Assembly (NCBI GenBank): GCA_002269645.1
Contig: NIVC01000201.1
Coordinates: forward strand, 558,001 to 622,000
Source: Macrostomum lignano
Taxonomy: Eukaryota
DNA length: 64,000 bases
Reading direction: 5' to 3'
Part shown: positions 34,951 to 57,295 of the stretch, one piece after another
Numbering within the stretch: the stretch's first letter is position 1
Layout: each line of letters begins with the position of its first letter
Program-made: the position numbers and the translations under genes
Notes under the pieces: model-generated
What the model saw: the letters and a program-made list of their open reading frames with translations, nothing else
Database searches by the model: none
Told to the model about the DNA's origin: nothing

Positions 34951-36179
34951 AAAAGCCGCAATGACTAAACCATAAGATAAGAATTAACTAAGTAAAAGAT
35001 AATTAAGAAAAGAAAATGATTAAGAAAAGGCAAATTCACTGCTGATGACATGCACTCAAGTGCACTGGAGTGCTGAAAGCAAATAAAGTACAAGTACATA
35101 AAAGAAGAGTTTATTCTATCTGCTCAAAATCTAATCATTTACGCATCGGTGCACAATACCTCATAGGCTATATATAAAATATAAACAGAACAATAAAAAA
35201 GTTAAGCAAACACGAAGAAAGCAAATCAGGAGGGAAAACCCGGAGCCACCCAAGGGCTTCCCTGGTTGTTGGAATTTCGGTGAAGATCTTCGGTGAGGAA
35301 AAGCGCCCTCTCCGTCATGTAGTTCAAGTAGTAATGTGCGCGTAAACAAGGCTTAATAATGAAAAAGCTAAGAAGCGCAAGGAGGCTGCAGGATGAAGAT
35401 TGAGTACCAGTCACCAAATGGTCCAAGCCAACCGCATCAGAAATGATACACAGAAAAACAACTGGTCCAGTTTTGAAAGCACAGACAAAGATTCGCATTA
35501 TCGATATTGGAAAACAATTAAACTATGCAAATAGGAGAACCCTGCTTCAGTCTATCATAAAGAGCTTGGAAATACAAAAGCAGAAAAACAGTTTGAGAAG
35601 AACAGCACGGTGCTTGACAGCCAGAAACAGCTTAAAAGTTCAATCTATCAAGTTATAAACCGAACAGCCGTTTAGCACCAAACAATTTTATCCAATTGAT
35701 TGATTAATTAATTATTCAGACGCATACATCAACCTCTAGACAGTTTTCAATAACCAAAAACCAGAGCTAATAATCGCATTTAGCAAAACATGATTAACTA
35801 TAAAATTATATATTATATTAACGCAAGAAAACTTACAGGCTGAAACGCCGACTAGACACAAAACTGGATCGAAAGTTGAGCAGAAAAATTTCTTGGTAAA
35901 ACTAATTTTGCCAACTCTAGGAAGTTAGCTTAGAGTGAGCTTCACTTTCAACCGGAAATCACTATAGCAACAGAATAGCATCGCCATAGCAACAGCATAG
36001 TAACGCCATATCAACAGAACAAGATCGCAGTACAAAGAACATAGCATAGCCTTAGCAACAGCATAGTAACCCTATCGCAACGCCATAGCAACACAGCTTA
36101 GCATCACCATAGCAACAGCAAAGCGTTCAAAAAACTATAAACCACTCTGTTGCTACGGTGTTGCCATGGCTCGCAAGCC

Positions 36180-44894
<8,715 letters not shown>

Positions 44895-45099
44895 TTAAAC
44901 AGATTCTGGCAAAAAGTCAATAAGCCTCTTAAGCTATTGAAATCAAGCAAGGTTTGCAATTGCTGCTTTGTTCCAACAATGCTTGCACCTGTAGCTCACT
45001 TTAATAGCTTCATTTTAAAGACTGAAAATTTTGTTGAAAGCATTTTGAAAACAATCAGATTTTTATCATAAATGCTTGCATAGATACTAAACGAAGTAT

Positions 45100-45980
45100 T
45101 AGATATTTAACCTAAAATTTTCACAACTGTCTGAATCTGCGCACATGTGCAGCTCTACCAGCAGTTGAACTGTGAGGAACCCACCCTTGGAAAGCAGCTG
45201 CATGACCTGGGATTCACAAAGAAGCTGGATATCTGGGTGCTATTTTGTCTGAGCAAAGCCAACAAGCTGGCATGGCTGCAAACCTGCAATATTGTTGACC
45301 CATCTGTGCCACAAGCTATTTCTTGATTGCATTTTCGCCTATGATAAGATATGGGTTCTTTATGATAACTTCCATTGCTCTGGGCCTTGGCTTCCAAAAG
45401 GTGCCAACCTTGCATAGCACCAATGCCTAGCTTGCATCCCAAAAATATAATGCTGGGTATATGGTAGACAGCTCAAGAAATCTTGCATACATGTATAGAG
45501 TATATGCAGCTAGGCACCACAATCACAATAGAAATATACTGCCACCAGATTGAAGTTAATGCAAATCTATCCTGATCCTGTGAATAAGAAAGTGATCCTG
45601 CTATATGACAGCACTTGGTTATACATAGCAAATCTGGCATATGACAAGCTAACACATTTAGGATTAGAGGTCTTACTTTATCCTCCATACAGTCTAGACA
45701 TCTTGCCACCCACTAGCACCTTTTCTTGGCCAAGTTGAACTCCCTGTATGAGAAGAGCTATAAAGATTCTAATGATATAAAGTATGATCTTAGCCACTTT
45801 TTCATAGACAAGGCCATGGCATTTTACTGCAAAGGGATTTTTAGCCTTAAAGAAGAATTCTGGCAGAGTTTTCAATGTTGATAGAAACTATTTTATAGCC
45901 TGACTATAGCAATTTATAGTTTTAGTGAGGCATATAGTATATGCAGAAAAAAATAAAATACTTTTGCTAATATCCTATAT
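45100..45980 (+). mobile_element. Decayed mariner (DD34D-type) transposon remnant
   Basis: Fragments LGFTKKLDIWV and ILLYDSTWLYIA...LGLEVLLYPPYSLDILP resemble mariner LG...LD.WVP and LLHDNARPH...LGWEVL.HPPYSPDLAP. Many stops; boundaries approximate. Confidence 0.7.
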
Positions 45981-46810
45981 TTCACAAGGATATATTCCTC
46001 TTAAAGTCAATGAGCATTAGACAAAATGAAAAAAAAAGACTGCTTAAAATAGAAATTGACCATTTGATATTTCAAATTTTAAAAATTAGTTCTAAAACAT
46101 AGCCAATCAATAGTCATTTTATTTGCTGTCAGTTTATATCATTTTTCGCTGCAAAAATACAATGGAGTCATTTTGTTTGCCATAAAAAATTAAATTTAAA
46201 TATCAAATAATTAATAATCAATATTATTAATATTAATATTATTATAATTAATTTAATTAATTAAATATCAATGTTATTAATTTATAAGAAGTGATAAAAC
46301 AATATAAAATAAAAATATTTTATTATATAGGCCCTATTCTATTAGATATATAAGTACTATCATTGACAATAGACCTATATACAGTGTGCGGCTGCTAAAT
46401 CCGGAAAGGTTTCAATCAATTCCAGCTCAAAGACGACACGTTAAAGAGAAAAAACTGCAGCATTTCAGATGTCTGTATTTATATAGCTTTTAAACCATAT
46501 AGAATACTCAGCAGTTCTCTTCAAGATGAACCGAGAATATGACTGTCGGGCTGCCGTCATTGAGGCCTTCCGTGCCGGCCACGATGCCAAGACTGTCATC
46601 GAGTTTTTCAAATACCCTAAAACAATGGTGTACGACCTCAAGAAGGCCTGGGATCAGGCAGAGGACAAGGACAGCTTCACTCCTGAAAGGAAAAAGCATG
46701 CCAGGCGGTCTGACACACTCAGGGACGACGAGTTTGTCGCTAAAGTCAAGGCTGTCGTCGATGACGATCCTGGCACATCCATGCGGCAGATTGCCAGGGA
46801 CCTTGAGGTG

Positions 46811-47107
46811 CATACATGCGCAACGTCCAAAATTCGGTCGGCCGTGCGACTTAGTTTTAACAAAAATGCGACGTAGTTTTTGGCCAAAAATGCGACTTAC
46901 ATGTAAAAAAACCCTAAAGCAAAATTAACGCAACTTTGGGTAAACGGCGGGAGTAACTATGACTGTCTTATCAGGCAAAAATGCCTCGTCAGCTACTTAG
47001 TACTACTGCGTGGGTATTTTTTGGGTGGGCATTTTTGCGACTTCCTTGGTTGGCTGCCAAATCAGTCGGCCGGATCGGCCGACTCGGCCGACTGTTGCGC
47101 ATGTATG
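46811..47107. mobile_element. hAT-type MITE, copy 1 (297 bp)
   Basis: TIR CATACATGCGCAAC / GTTGCGCATGTATG; 8-bp TSD TTGAGGTG (46803-46810 and 47108-47115). Confidence 0.92.
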
Positions 47108-47330
47108 TTGAGGTGTCTGAAAGGACAATCAGGAGGACGTGTCATGAAGACCTTGGCTTGAACAGCTACGTCATCAAGTGCAGGCAGTTGTTGACTGAGG
47201 CCACCAAGGAGAGCCTGGCTGTACAGCAATGTGCCCCACCACTGGTCGCCAGACTTGTGGCCTCCCTCCTCCCCTGACTGCAATCCACTCGACTACTTTG
47301 TCTGGGGCGAGTTGACCAGACAGGTGAACC

Positions 47331-47627
47331 CATACATGCGCAACAGTCGGCCGAGTCGGCCGATCCGGCCGACCGATTTGGCGGCCAACCAAGGTAAGTC
47401 GCAAAAATGCCCACCCGAAAGAATCATACGTAGTACTAATTAGATGACGAGGCATTTAGCCCTTATAAGACAGTCATAGTTACTCCTGCCGTTTACCCAA
47501 AATTGCGCTAATTTTGCTTAAGGGCTCCCTTTACAGGTAAGTCGCATTTTTGGCCAAAAACTACGTCGCATTTTTTGTTAAAACTAAGTCGCACGGCCGA
47601 CCGAATTTTGGAGGTTGCGCATGTATG
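47331..47627. mobile_element. hAT-type MITE, copy 2 (297 bp, opposite orientation)
   Basis: Same TIR; 8-bp TSD GGTGAACC (47323-47330 and 47628-47635). The body is a diverged reverse complement of copy 1. Confidence 0.92.
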
Positions 47628-48509
47628 GGTGAACCACAAGTCCTACAACACCAAGGACTTGCTCAAGGCGGCCATTGTGGAGGCAATGGCGAACCTTGAC
47701 AAGAAGGTCGTTGCCGATGCCTGCCGCTCTTTCCGGTCCCGCCTAGAGAAGGTCGTCGCTGCTGATGGCGGGTTTTTTGAGTAAAACTCTCTATCATCAT
47801 TTAACATATGCTCTTACCAATTTACATTAAAATACAGTGCTTTTTTCTATGGATTTCAAGCTTTTTTAAAATAGTTTAATAAATTCCGGATTTAGCTGCC
47901 GCACACTGTATAATACAATGCCAAAGGCAATAGGTCATATCATATTTTTAAAGTAAAATATATTGAGAAAAAAATTATACATGTCTACAAAAAAGATAAA
48001 TTTATAATAATATAGATTTAATTATGTTTCTAAACAGTATATTTATATGTATTTTTTATTATGTAATTTTTAGTTGTAATTAATTTTGCTATTTAAGTAT
48101 ATGGGGAAATCCAAAAATCGGGGGCAAGTTTTATGAAAATTCGTTTTTTGGCAATTTGAAAGCAATAAAGCTATAAAATAAATTTATTCAAGTTTTTAAA
48201 AAGTAAAAAAGTCTATTAAAGCACAAATTGTTTTCGTATAGCTTTATTTTTAATAAAATGATTTGTTAAAACGGTAAGTTTAATTACGACATAAAATGAG
48301 TCTAATGAAAATGATTGAAAAGCTATAATAATGTATTTTATTAACTTTAACTATCTTATAATGTTACACTCTATAATTCTACAACATATTTAACATTATT
48401 TTAAGGTTTTATTTGTTTATCACTTTCGTTACTCTTGACAACGTGTATTTTGTAGAGTTCGTTTGCAATAAATTGTATTCAACGTTAAGTTTATTATTTA
48501 AACATACAA

Positions 48510-49210
48510 ATTCCCGTAAGGATCGGAAAATTGCATTTTACTCAGCTTCTACTAAAGCGATTTGAAAAATTCTTTTTTTCCTGCATACACGCCGCGATGA
48601 TACATGTTTTAGTGTAATTTCATTGTTCTTCGTCGCTTAATAAGCATACAGTAAGCATCTGATTTGGAAGCCGGGTAACACATTGGAATTCCCATAAGGA
48701 TTGGAAAATTGCATTTTACTCAGCTTCTACTGAAGCGATTTGGAAAATTCTTTTTTTCCTGCATACACGCCGCGATGATACATGTTTTAGTGTAATTTCA
48801 TTGTTCTTCGTCGCTTAATAAGCATACAGTAAGCATCTGATTTGGAAGCCGGGTAACACATTGGAATTCCCATAAGGATTGGAAAATTGCATTTTACTCA
48901 GCTTCTACTGAAGCGATTTGGAAAATTCTTTTTTCCTGCATACACGCCGCGATGATACATGTTTTAGTGTAATTTCATTGTTCTTCGTCGCTTAATAAGC
49001 ATACAGTAAGCATCTGATTGGGAAGCCGGGTAACACATTGGAATTCCCATAAGGATTGGAAAATTGCATTTTACTCAGCTTCTACTGAAGCGATTTGGAA
49101 AATTCTTTTTTCCTGCATACACGCCGCGATGATACATGTTTTAGTGTAATTTCATTGTTCTTCGTCGCTTAATGAGCATACAATAAGCATCTGATTTGGA
49201 TGCCGGGTTC
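48510..49210 (+). repeat. About 178-bp tandem repeat, about 4 copies
   Basis: TTGCATTTTACTCAGCTTCTAC restarts at 48531, 48709, 48887 and 49064. Confidence 0.96.
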
Positions 49211-51244
49211 ACATTTTGTGGTACCATTTTTTACCCAAAATTTTTAAGTCTAAATATAGGCATATTACAAATACTAATACTATGCAAGTTGATATTTAAA
49301 TGAAAGAAAACAACTTAAAGATTATTTTGCAACAAGGAATTAGCGATATATTTACTTTTAGAAAAAGATGTTTGCTGGCAAACTTTGCACTTTATATTAG
49401 TATGAATTTTTGCGAGTTTATATGGTTTTAGAAAAACTTTGAAATCCTTAGAAATACTTCATCTTTTTCAATTGAATAAAAAGTAAAACACAGATTACTT
49501 TCTGTTTTGTAAGTAGTAAAAAAATTAGCCTTCTCTAAGGCCTACAAGTCTTAAAATTAATTGTTTAATAATGAAAAAAAGTGAAACAAAAAATTGCAAA
49601 TCGGTCAACTCGGACTTTCAAAATGCTTTTTTGTGGTTTTTTCTTATTTATTCAACAATATAAAGCATGAAAACAATAGTTTTTATCCAGAACTATTTTC
49701 TAAAGACCTATCTATCTTTCAAAAACCTTTTTTAGATACATTACTTTCCATCGAATGTCCGCAGATTTGTTTTACCGTTTTATGCCACGTTTTTGGATTT
49801 CGCCATATATATTTATAATTGATTATTACTTTTGTTTTACCATATGATTTGTATAATAGGGGCCTACTTAAACCATAGATAGAATTCAATTTTGTACTTC
49901 TTCTCTTTCTTCCCCCTCTTCTCATGCCACCTTCCTGATTGGTTCAAGGTGTGCCATACATTGTTTATTTCTATTAGTTAGGCCCTAGTGTAAATTTACT
50001 GAATCATTAAATTATAAAACCTAAATATACTCATAATTATAACTAGCTGTCTGAACTTGAACTAAACTAATCAACTGCTACAAATTGACATTTCAATATA
50101 AAACTTTTTACAAACTTGAAAAAATAATCAGTTGATATGAGTTCTTATATCTCATTGACAAGAAAAATAAGCTTCACAATAGATGTATATCATAATAATC
50201 ACAATTTATTTCTTAAGTTTGTATTTTTTAAAAGTCTTTTGGTCTGCAAGTAGACAAAAAATAGAAGACAAAATGACCATGGACCACTTACCTAGCCTGG
50301 CCCTACTATATTGTAGGCCTAATAGAGTCATACCTTTTGTTAGAACTTATCTGACAAGTTTGCAGTTAGAGACAACTTTTACCCTACTCATATTTGTATG
50401 AGAACATAAACAGGCTTAACCTAATAAGAAATGAATAAAATACAAGATTATAAAAATATGCAGTTTGTCTTAAAGTAAAACTATTCCGGCCCTAGTACAA
50501 AAATGGTTTAATACTGAGGTCGGGGGGGGGGGGGCTTTGGCAGTTTGGTCCTGGTGGGTTATTCCGGTTAGTAGTAGTAGTAGTCAATTTGGCTCAGGCT
50601 TAAGGAGCCTGTTATGCCAGTATGATCCGATTTATTTAGTATTTATTCAAAGGGTTAAATTTTACACGATCGCTGAAAACGAGTACTACACGATATTTGT
50701 ATTAAGTAAGGTATTTGAAAGGGCGTCAAGAATTTTTTACGGCTTTTTTTCAGCCGATTAACGACCAATGACGGAACAGCAAGATTCTAAGCAGGGAAAA
50801 ATAGAAAATCGATGTTGTATATATATGACCTTAATGCAAAACGATTCTTCTAAAATGCGATTCAGAAAAGGTAGTTAAATATTATTTTGTCAATATAACA
50901 AATATCTAGTATAATTAAGGATTGCTCTCAATAATAGGCGATTTTTGTAAAAAGATATAGTATTTTTGAAAGCGCGTGATATTTCAAGGCGTGAAAAACG
51001 AGCATAAACACACTTCGAACGAACGTAACGTCTAACGATTAACGACGAATTAAATAGGAAATTAAAAAAGACAGTAAATGAATAAACAACTGAAAAGCGG
51101 ATTTATTACACTGCTGATGTATCTGTTTCAGTTTGCATAACTGTTTTAGCTATTCATGACTTCATATATTTTAGCTACACCAGTGAGCTCTTTTCTGACT
51201 CTTTTCATTTGTAGCATATCCTATCTTGTGTACTTGCTTGTCAT

Positions 51245-53460
51245 TTAAGAGGTATTGACAGAAGTATTTTTTTCTGATCTTTTCAGTTGTGGACATTCGG
51301 TCAAGTAGTGTAGGATATCGGAACCATTTCTCGCTCCACACAGTCTACATGCTTCTTGAGAGAAAATGTTGGGTGTAATCTCGCATTTCAGTTTTAGAAG
51401 GGTTGTTAGGAATTTTTTGTTTCTAAATGTGCATGGAAAGTAATCTGAAAGGTCGGGCCTGCAGATTTTTTTGTAGAGATAGGCATTTTTGTAGAGTTTA
51501 ATATGTTGCTGATTCTCTAGCTTTTGGCTAAGTTCTCTTTCTCTGTCTATCTTGAGGTGCTTTTTCACTAGGTATTTCTCGTTACTAAAGCTTTGGGAAA
51601 GTTTATCTTCAGTTAGTGCTTTTAAGTCTATACTTTCCAGTTTCTTTAGTACATTCGTTTTCCATGGATTTTTTTGGCTGGTGTTTGAGTAAAAAATTTC
51701 TAGTGTCGTTTGGCAGTTTTTGGTGTCTAATCTTCAGCCAGTAGGTAAGGTAAGTTTTAGCGATTCGTTGGGAGATTGGAGTAAGCTCAAGTTCTGATGA
51801 TATCACACTGTTACTAGCAAATTTTGGTAGATTGAGGAGATATTTGTAGAATTTCAGCTGAATGTTATCAATAGCTTTTGTTTCAGGAATGGTAGCCAGA
51901 GGGCCCCAGAGCTCACAGCCGTACGTGATATCGGGGGTAACAAGCGCGTCGAATAGTCTGCGAATGAGTGTGATGTCCAGGGACGTATTTTTTACCTTGT
52001 GGAGTAGGGAAAACATAGCTGTATATCCCTGCTTAGTTTGATGTTCAATACATTTTTTAAAGCTGTTTTTTGGTTCAAAAATAATTCCCAGGTATTTAAA
52101 TTCATTCACTTCCTCTATTTCTTGGTTGTCGTAGAGTATTTTTGTAGCAAAGCTTTCTGTGTCGTTTTTTTGCCTGGTACTGCCCTGCATGAACTTTGTT
52201 TTGCTTGCATTTACTTTCAAGTAATTTTGCTTGCAGTAATTTTCCATAGTCGTAAATGTGTCTTGAAGTTCGTCTTTGTTTTTAGCTAGAATGGCTTGAT
52301 CGTCCGCAAAGAGCAGGATGAGTGGGTAAGCAGATCTCGTAAGAGAGCGTCTAGCGCTAGAGAGTTCAAGATATTCAACAATGTCGTCAATATATAGCTC
52401 AAAAAGGATGGTAGAGAGAGGATTGCCTTGAAGAACACCTTTAGATATTGGGATTGGCTGGGTTTCATCATCATCATCATCATCTTTTTTTAGAATGAAG
52501 CAGGCATTTTTATGCATGTTCTTGATAAGTTTTGTCATTTGACCTTTAATACCCTGGTTGTCTGTTATGTGCCAAAGGGTCGGTTGGTTTAAGCTATCGA
52601 AGGCTTTTTCATAGTCAACAAATCCAATAAAGAGTTCTTCTTTGTTGTAAATGGATTGGTTTATAATGTTATAAAGGTTGAAACACTGGTCGATTGTGCT
52701 GTGATTGGGCTTGAAACCATATTGGTATTTTGAGATGAGGTCGTTTGAGTGTGCTAGTTTTTCAAGTCTTGATTTGATTATTTGGCAGAGCAGCTTGCCA
52801 AGAATGGGTTGGATGCATATACCTCTATAATTATTGGGGTCATTTTTGTTGCCTTGTTTTTGTGAATTGGGCAAAGTGTACATTGGTTATCCAACTGGTT
52901 GGGAAGGTTTGCTGTTTAAGAATTTCATTGAAGAGTGAACATAGGAAGTCAGAGAGTTCATTCTGAAAGGTATTGTAGGGTTTCCACGTAGACTTTATCG
53001 TGACCTGGTGCTTTGTCGACTTTGAGCTTTTTGATATGTCTTATAACTTCATCTTTAGTGAAGGGGGCATTGAAGTGCTCTAGACCAGCTAAAGTAGGGC
53101 TGTCTAGGTGTAGGTTGCATGAAAGTCTAATATTGCTATTATGCTCAGTAACAAGGTTTTGGAAATGTTTCTCAAAGTTTTCGTCAATTGCTGCATTGTT
53201 ATTGGAGCGGTTATGTGGTTTCAGTAAGCGCCAAAGCTGTCTTGTATCATTTTGAATATAAGCCTGGTTGATCATGTTTTCTGCACACAGGATTGATTCA
53301 TGTTTCCAAGAAATCAAGTTATTTTCATATGTTTTTTAAGCTGTATTTTGTGTGCGAGGTTGCTACTTGTGGGGAACATCTTATATCTTCTGCTGGCATG
53401 CCTAGTAGCATTTCTCAGGTCTTTAAGAAATTGTGGCAATTTCTACAATTGTGGAAATTG
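51245..53460 (-). mobile_element. 5'-truncated, frameshifted non-LTR retrotransposon ORF2 (RTEX-like): RT plus C-terminal CCHC
   Basis: ORF pieces 52958-53317, 51609-52883, 51245-51568 with NYRGI, QYGFK, FVDYEKAFDS, GVLQGNPLS..LF, LLFADD, YLG, YGCELWG and CRLC...HYLTEC. No endonuclease domain seen. The clade assignment is by motif impression. Confidence 0.88.
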
Positions 53461-53916
53461 TAAGAAATTAATTCGTTCGTTTCAGCCGTTCAAATCGGTG
53501 CGGTTTCGACGATTTAAACAAACTTAAGCGAAGATCTCGGTTTGCAGATAACGGGGAGCTCCGGCTGCTGAGTTCCTCAGGCTCAGCGGGAGGGTAGCTG
53601 TGTTCGTGGCTGAGGGGTCTAGTTTTGCTGACAATCAGGATGCCGAATGCAGAAATTCGTAGCCGATACGGGAAACTTCAAAATAAGCTAATTTGTCGAG
53701 AGTGTTACTAATAGTAGTAGTTCCCTGCCACCACCGCGGTTATACGCGGGAAAAGCTCTAAAGCTCAAAACTAGCTCGAGTTTGCTCTAGGACTTCTCTT
53801 GAGACCGCTAAGGGTCAAATAAAGCTTCCGAGGTCACGAAGGCTAAGACACCGTTTCAACACAAGAATAAATTGGCTGGCGTATTTAAGGGCCAGAAACT
53901 GAATAAATATTATTAT

Positions 53917-54418
53917 TGTACCAACACGGAATTCGAGCACGCAACTATAAGCAAGTTCACTATTGCCAAATTAGTAGCAACTTAAATTGATGGGTTGGAC
54001 GAGGAGCTGGTCGGGTCGGGATGCTGGGCTTACAGGTAGGGTCCCCTCGTATTTGGGCTGCTGCTAAGGTCCTAACGGTCGGGGTAGGGTCCAAACGAGA
54101 GTCTAGCCGGGAGAGGAGGGGCGTAGACTCTTAAATACGCTCTCATGAGCCACCGGGAGGAAAGGGGGTTAACCCGGGTGGGACAGGAGAGACACATAGC
54201 GGAAAAGGGGGCAGTACACCGGGTGGCAACGACAAAACACCGGGTGGACCGCGGGAAAACAAACAGAAAACCGGAGGGGTACAGGCAGTGGGAAGGAAGG
54301 TTACATTAAGAGTAAAATTTCGATGACGTCAGGATGGCGCAAATACCGAATGAGTATAAAATTCCGCACAGTGACATACATCGGGTGGGGCGGACAAGTG
54401 GCGGCCTCGCCTGCCACA
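53917..54418 (-). mobile_element. Probable 3' LTR of the Gypsy element
   Basis: On the minus strand it begins TGTGGC right after a short purine tract (CGCCGGGGGA) and ends ...GGTACA, with an internal TATTTAAG. There is no partner LTR in the window, so the ends are unconfirmed. Confidence 0.5.
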
Positions 54419-57295
54419 TCCCCCGGCGAGCCGAAAACAGAAGGTTTTTCGCCTCACGAAAAGTTCACTTGGGCACTGTCCTGGGGTCCTCCCGGCTGGC
54501 CTGGCTGTTTACGGCGTCGCTTGGGAGCTCGCCAGGCCGCGCTGCTGGCGGAGTTGTCGGCCGGCAGAGAGGCGACTCGCCCCGAGCTTCTGCTCGCCCA
54601 ATTGTCGTAGCTCGCTTGGGCGACCGTGCCGAAGCAGCCCTACCTCCCAACAGGCCCACTAGAACAGGGTAGCCAGCGCAGGTCGGGGCCACCAAGCCGC
54701 TGTTGCCGCTGCAGGGCCTCTTGGCAGGCCTCCTGGACGAGGCTGACCGGCTGGGGTAGGGCGCCAATCATTCAGCGCCAGTCCCCGTCTACGTTGCAGC
54801 GGTGGCGGTATATGGCGTCATCTAGTGCGGCGGCGAGGGCCTGCCGCAGCTGGCCTTCCAGCTCTGACTTCGGCCGGGAGGCGTGCGCCAATGCGGCGAT
54901 CGCCTGCCGCTCCTCCTCCGAGAGTTGGCTGGCCGGTCCTGGCAACGAGGGAGCCGGCGGGGTGTCGTGAGGCTCACCCATCATCCGAATGACGGGCGCG
55001 TCAATGTTGGCCCAGAAAATGCTGGCGCCTTCGTCGGGCTGCACCGTGGCTCGGGTGCTGGGGCCGTGGCGATGTCGCTTGGCCGGCACTCCTGGTTTGG
55101 CGCGGTGCTGGGGGACTCGAGCTGACTCTGGCTAGCGGGGGAGGTCACTGGACTCGCCTTGACTGTCGTCTCCTTGCTCTTCAGGCGTCGCGTCTTCTTC
55201 TCGACTGGCCGGGTGCCACCAGGAGCACTGCTGGGAGCTTCGGGTGCTGCCTCCGCTTCCTTGAGGGCCTCGGCGTGACACTCGCGGTCGTCTTCGGGAC
55301 GCCTTAACAGACCGTCAGCGTTCTGATGGTCTTAGGACTTGCGATGCTGAATCTCAAAGTCGAACTCATTGAGTCGCTGCACCCATCGGCCAAAGATTCC
55401 CGTCTGGTGCGTTAATCTTAGTAGCCACAGGAGCGCTCGGTGATCGGTCCTGCAGATGAATCGCTTCGCTAGCAGGTGTCGCATTCCTTCCACAACTGCT
55501 AGGAGCTCTTGTTTCGTGATGGGGTAGCAGGTTTCAGCATCCTTCATTCTTCTTGAGAAGTAGCCTATGGGGCGCTCGACTCCATCGGATTGCACTTGGC
55601 TGAGGCACGCGCCGATGCGGGTCGCTGAGGCGTCGGTGTCCAGGGTGAAGTGCACCTTCGGATCCTCGTTAAACTGGGGGTAGGCCAGAACTGTCATCGA
55701 AATCAAGGCCTCCTTCAGTCTGTAGAACGCTCGCTGCTGGGGTTCAGCCCATAGACTTTCGAAATTTCGAATCACCTTCTGCTTAATGAGATCGTGCAGC
55801 GGAGCTGCTAGTTCAGCATAGCCAGGGACAAATTTTGCGTAGTACGCGCACGTGCAGACGAAGCTCTTGAGCTGGCGGGCAGTTTGGTGACGTGGCCAGG
55901 TGCGGATAGCATCGATCTTCCCAGGGTCTGTAGCGATTCCTTCCGCGGACAAGTAGGCGATCTCCTTCTTGAACAGGTGGCACTTCTTTCCTTGGAACTT
56001 CAGATTGGCGGCCTGGATTCCGCGGAAAACTTCTTCGAGGTGCCTCAGGTGCAGGTCGAAATCTTGGGAGAAAACGATGACATCATCCAGGTATGCGGTG
56101 GCGTACTTGAACGCGATGCCGGCGAGGACGAGGTTCATGCAGCGCTGGAAACTGGCTGGTGCAGAACTCAAGCCCATTGGCATAACCTGGTATGAGAATT
56201 GGCCGCGAGATGAAGCGTGGAGAACGCAGTCAGATCCTGGTCTTCTTCTCGCAGCGGGATCTGATAGTATCCACTGTTGAGGTCGAAAGTGCTGAACATC
56301 TTGCTGCCTTCTAGACTGGCGAACGCCTCCTGAATGTTCGGGATCGGGTAACCGAAGTACTCACATTTCAGGTTCAGGCTGCAGAAGTCTATGACGACTC
56401 GGAGACTGCCGTCCTTCTTCAGGATGATCAGCAGCGGGGTGTTGTAGCTGGAAAAGCTTGGCCTGATGACACCTTTGGCCAGAAGCTCGTCAATCAGCGC
56501 GTCGATCTTGGGCAGTAGATGAGGCGGGATGCGCCGGGTCGGCAGACATACTGGGTTCTTGTCCTTCAGTACGATGCTGTGAGTCACCAGATGAGTTCGG
56601 CCGAGGTCGTGGGGGCTCTGCGAGAAGATGTTCTTGTACTTTTTGAGCAAACCCAGTGTTCCCGCATTCGTTGGATCAACGGTGAAATAACGTTGGGCCG
56701 TTGATTTGTCGTTGAAGAAAAAAAATTCAATTTAACCCTAGGACTATTTCCTAATAGGATATCAACATGTTTTTGTGTTTTGCCGGGGGTTATAGACCTG
56801 TTAAAGAGAAAATAAATATCGTTGAACCAGCGTAGGAATCGCGTTGAGAAACTATCCGTTGAATTGGCGCAGAATAACAACGGTCATCCAACGATAGCAT
56901 TAAAATCCTAGTTATGTTCACTTGTTACTACTAAAAGTAACAAAAATAAGATTCAACACAAACTTGGCTTACTAATTGGTTAGAATATAGTCTGCCGGCT
57001 GGCTTAATGATATTTTCTCCATTATTTAAAAAAGTTAATAAAATTATGCGGTAGTTTTTATTGTAATGCAACAAGTTAAAACAGCTTGAATAGGTAGAAC
57101 AGGTAAAAAGTATATGTAACTATCATAAGTGTTACTAAATTATTTTTATTATGTAGAAAATAACTATAAATACACATTTTGTCACCAATCCTCATAAAAT
57201 ACAGCAAAGTTGAAAGTTTTCAGAAATTTTATTGACGTTGTGTTATAGTCAGTTAGATCGTGCCTTGAGCATTTCAAAATTAAAAGTTTAAAATC

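Larger units (their letters stand above)
46382..47908 (+). mobile_element. Tc1/mariner element (maT/DD37D-like), internally deleted, with two nested MITEs
   Basis: TA|CAGTGTGCGGCTGCTAAATCCGGAA ... TTCCGGATTTAGCTGCCGCACACTG|TA. The transposase starts at ATG 46526 (HTH region); the C-terminus WPPSSPDCNPLDYFVWG...FRSRLEKVVAADGGFFE ends at 47784. The region holding the first two catalytic Asp residues is missing. Confidence 0.93.

Noticed and set aside
53470-53900. Ribozyme or ORF1 at the 5' end of the RTEX-like LINE
   Set aside because: No HDV or hammerhead core and no ORF; the LINE looks 5'-truncated and this segment looks like host sequence.
53917-54305. Solo LTR TGTACC...GGTTACA
   Set aside because: The flanks (ATTAT / TTAAG) do not form a TSD; the PPT-adjacent boundary at 54418 fits the Gypsy orientation better.
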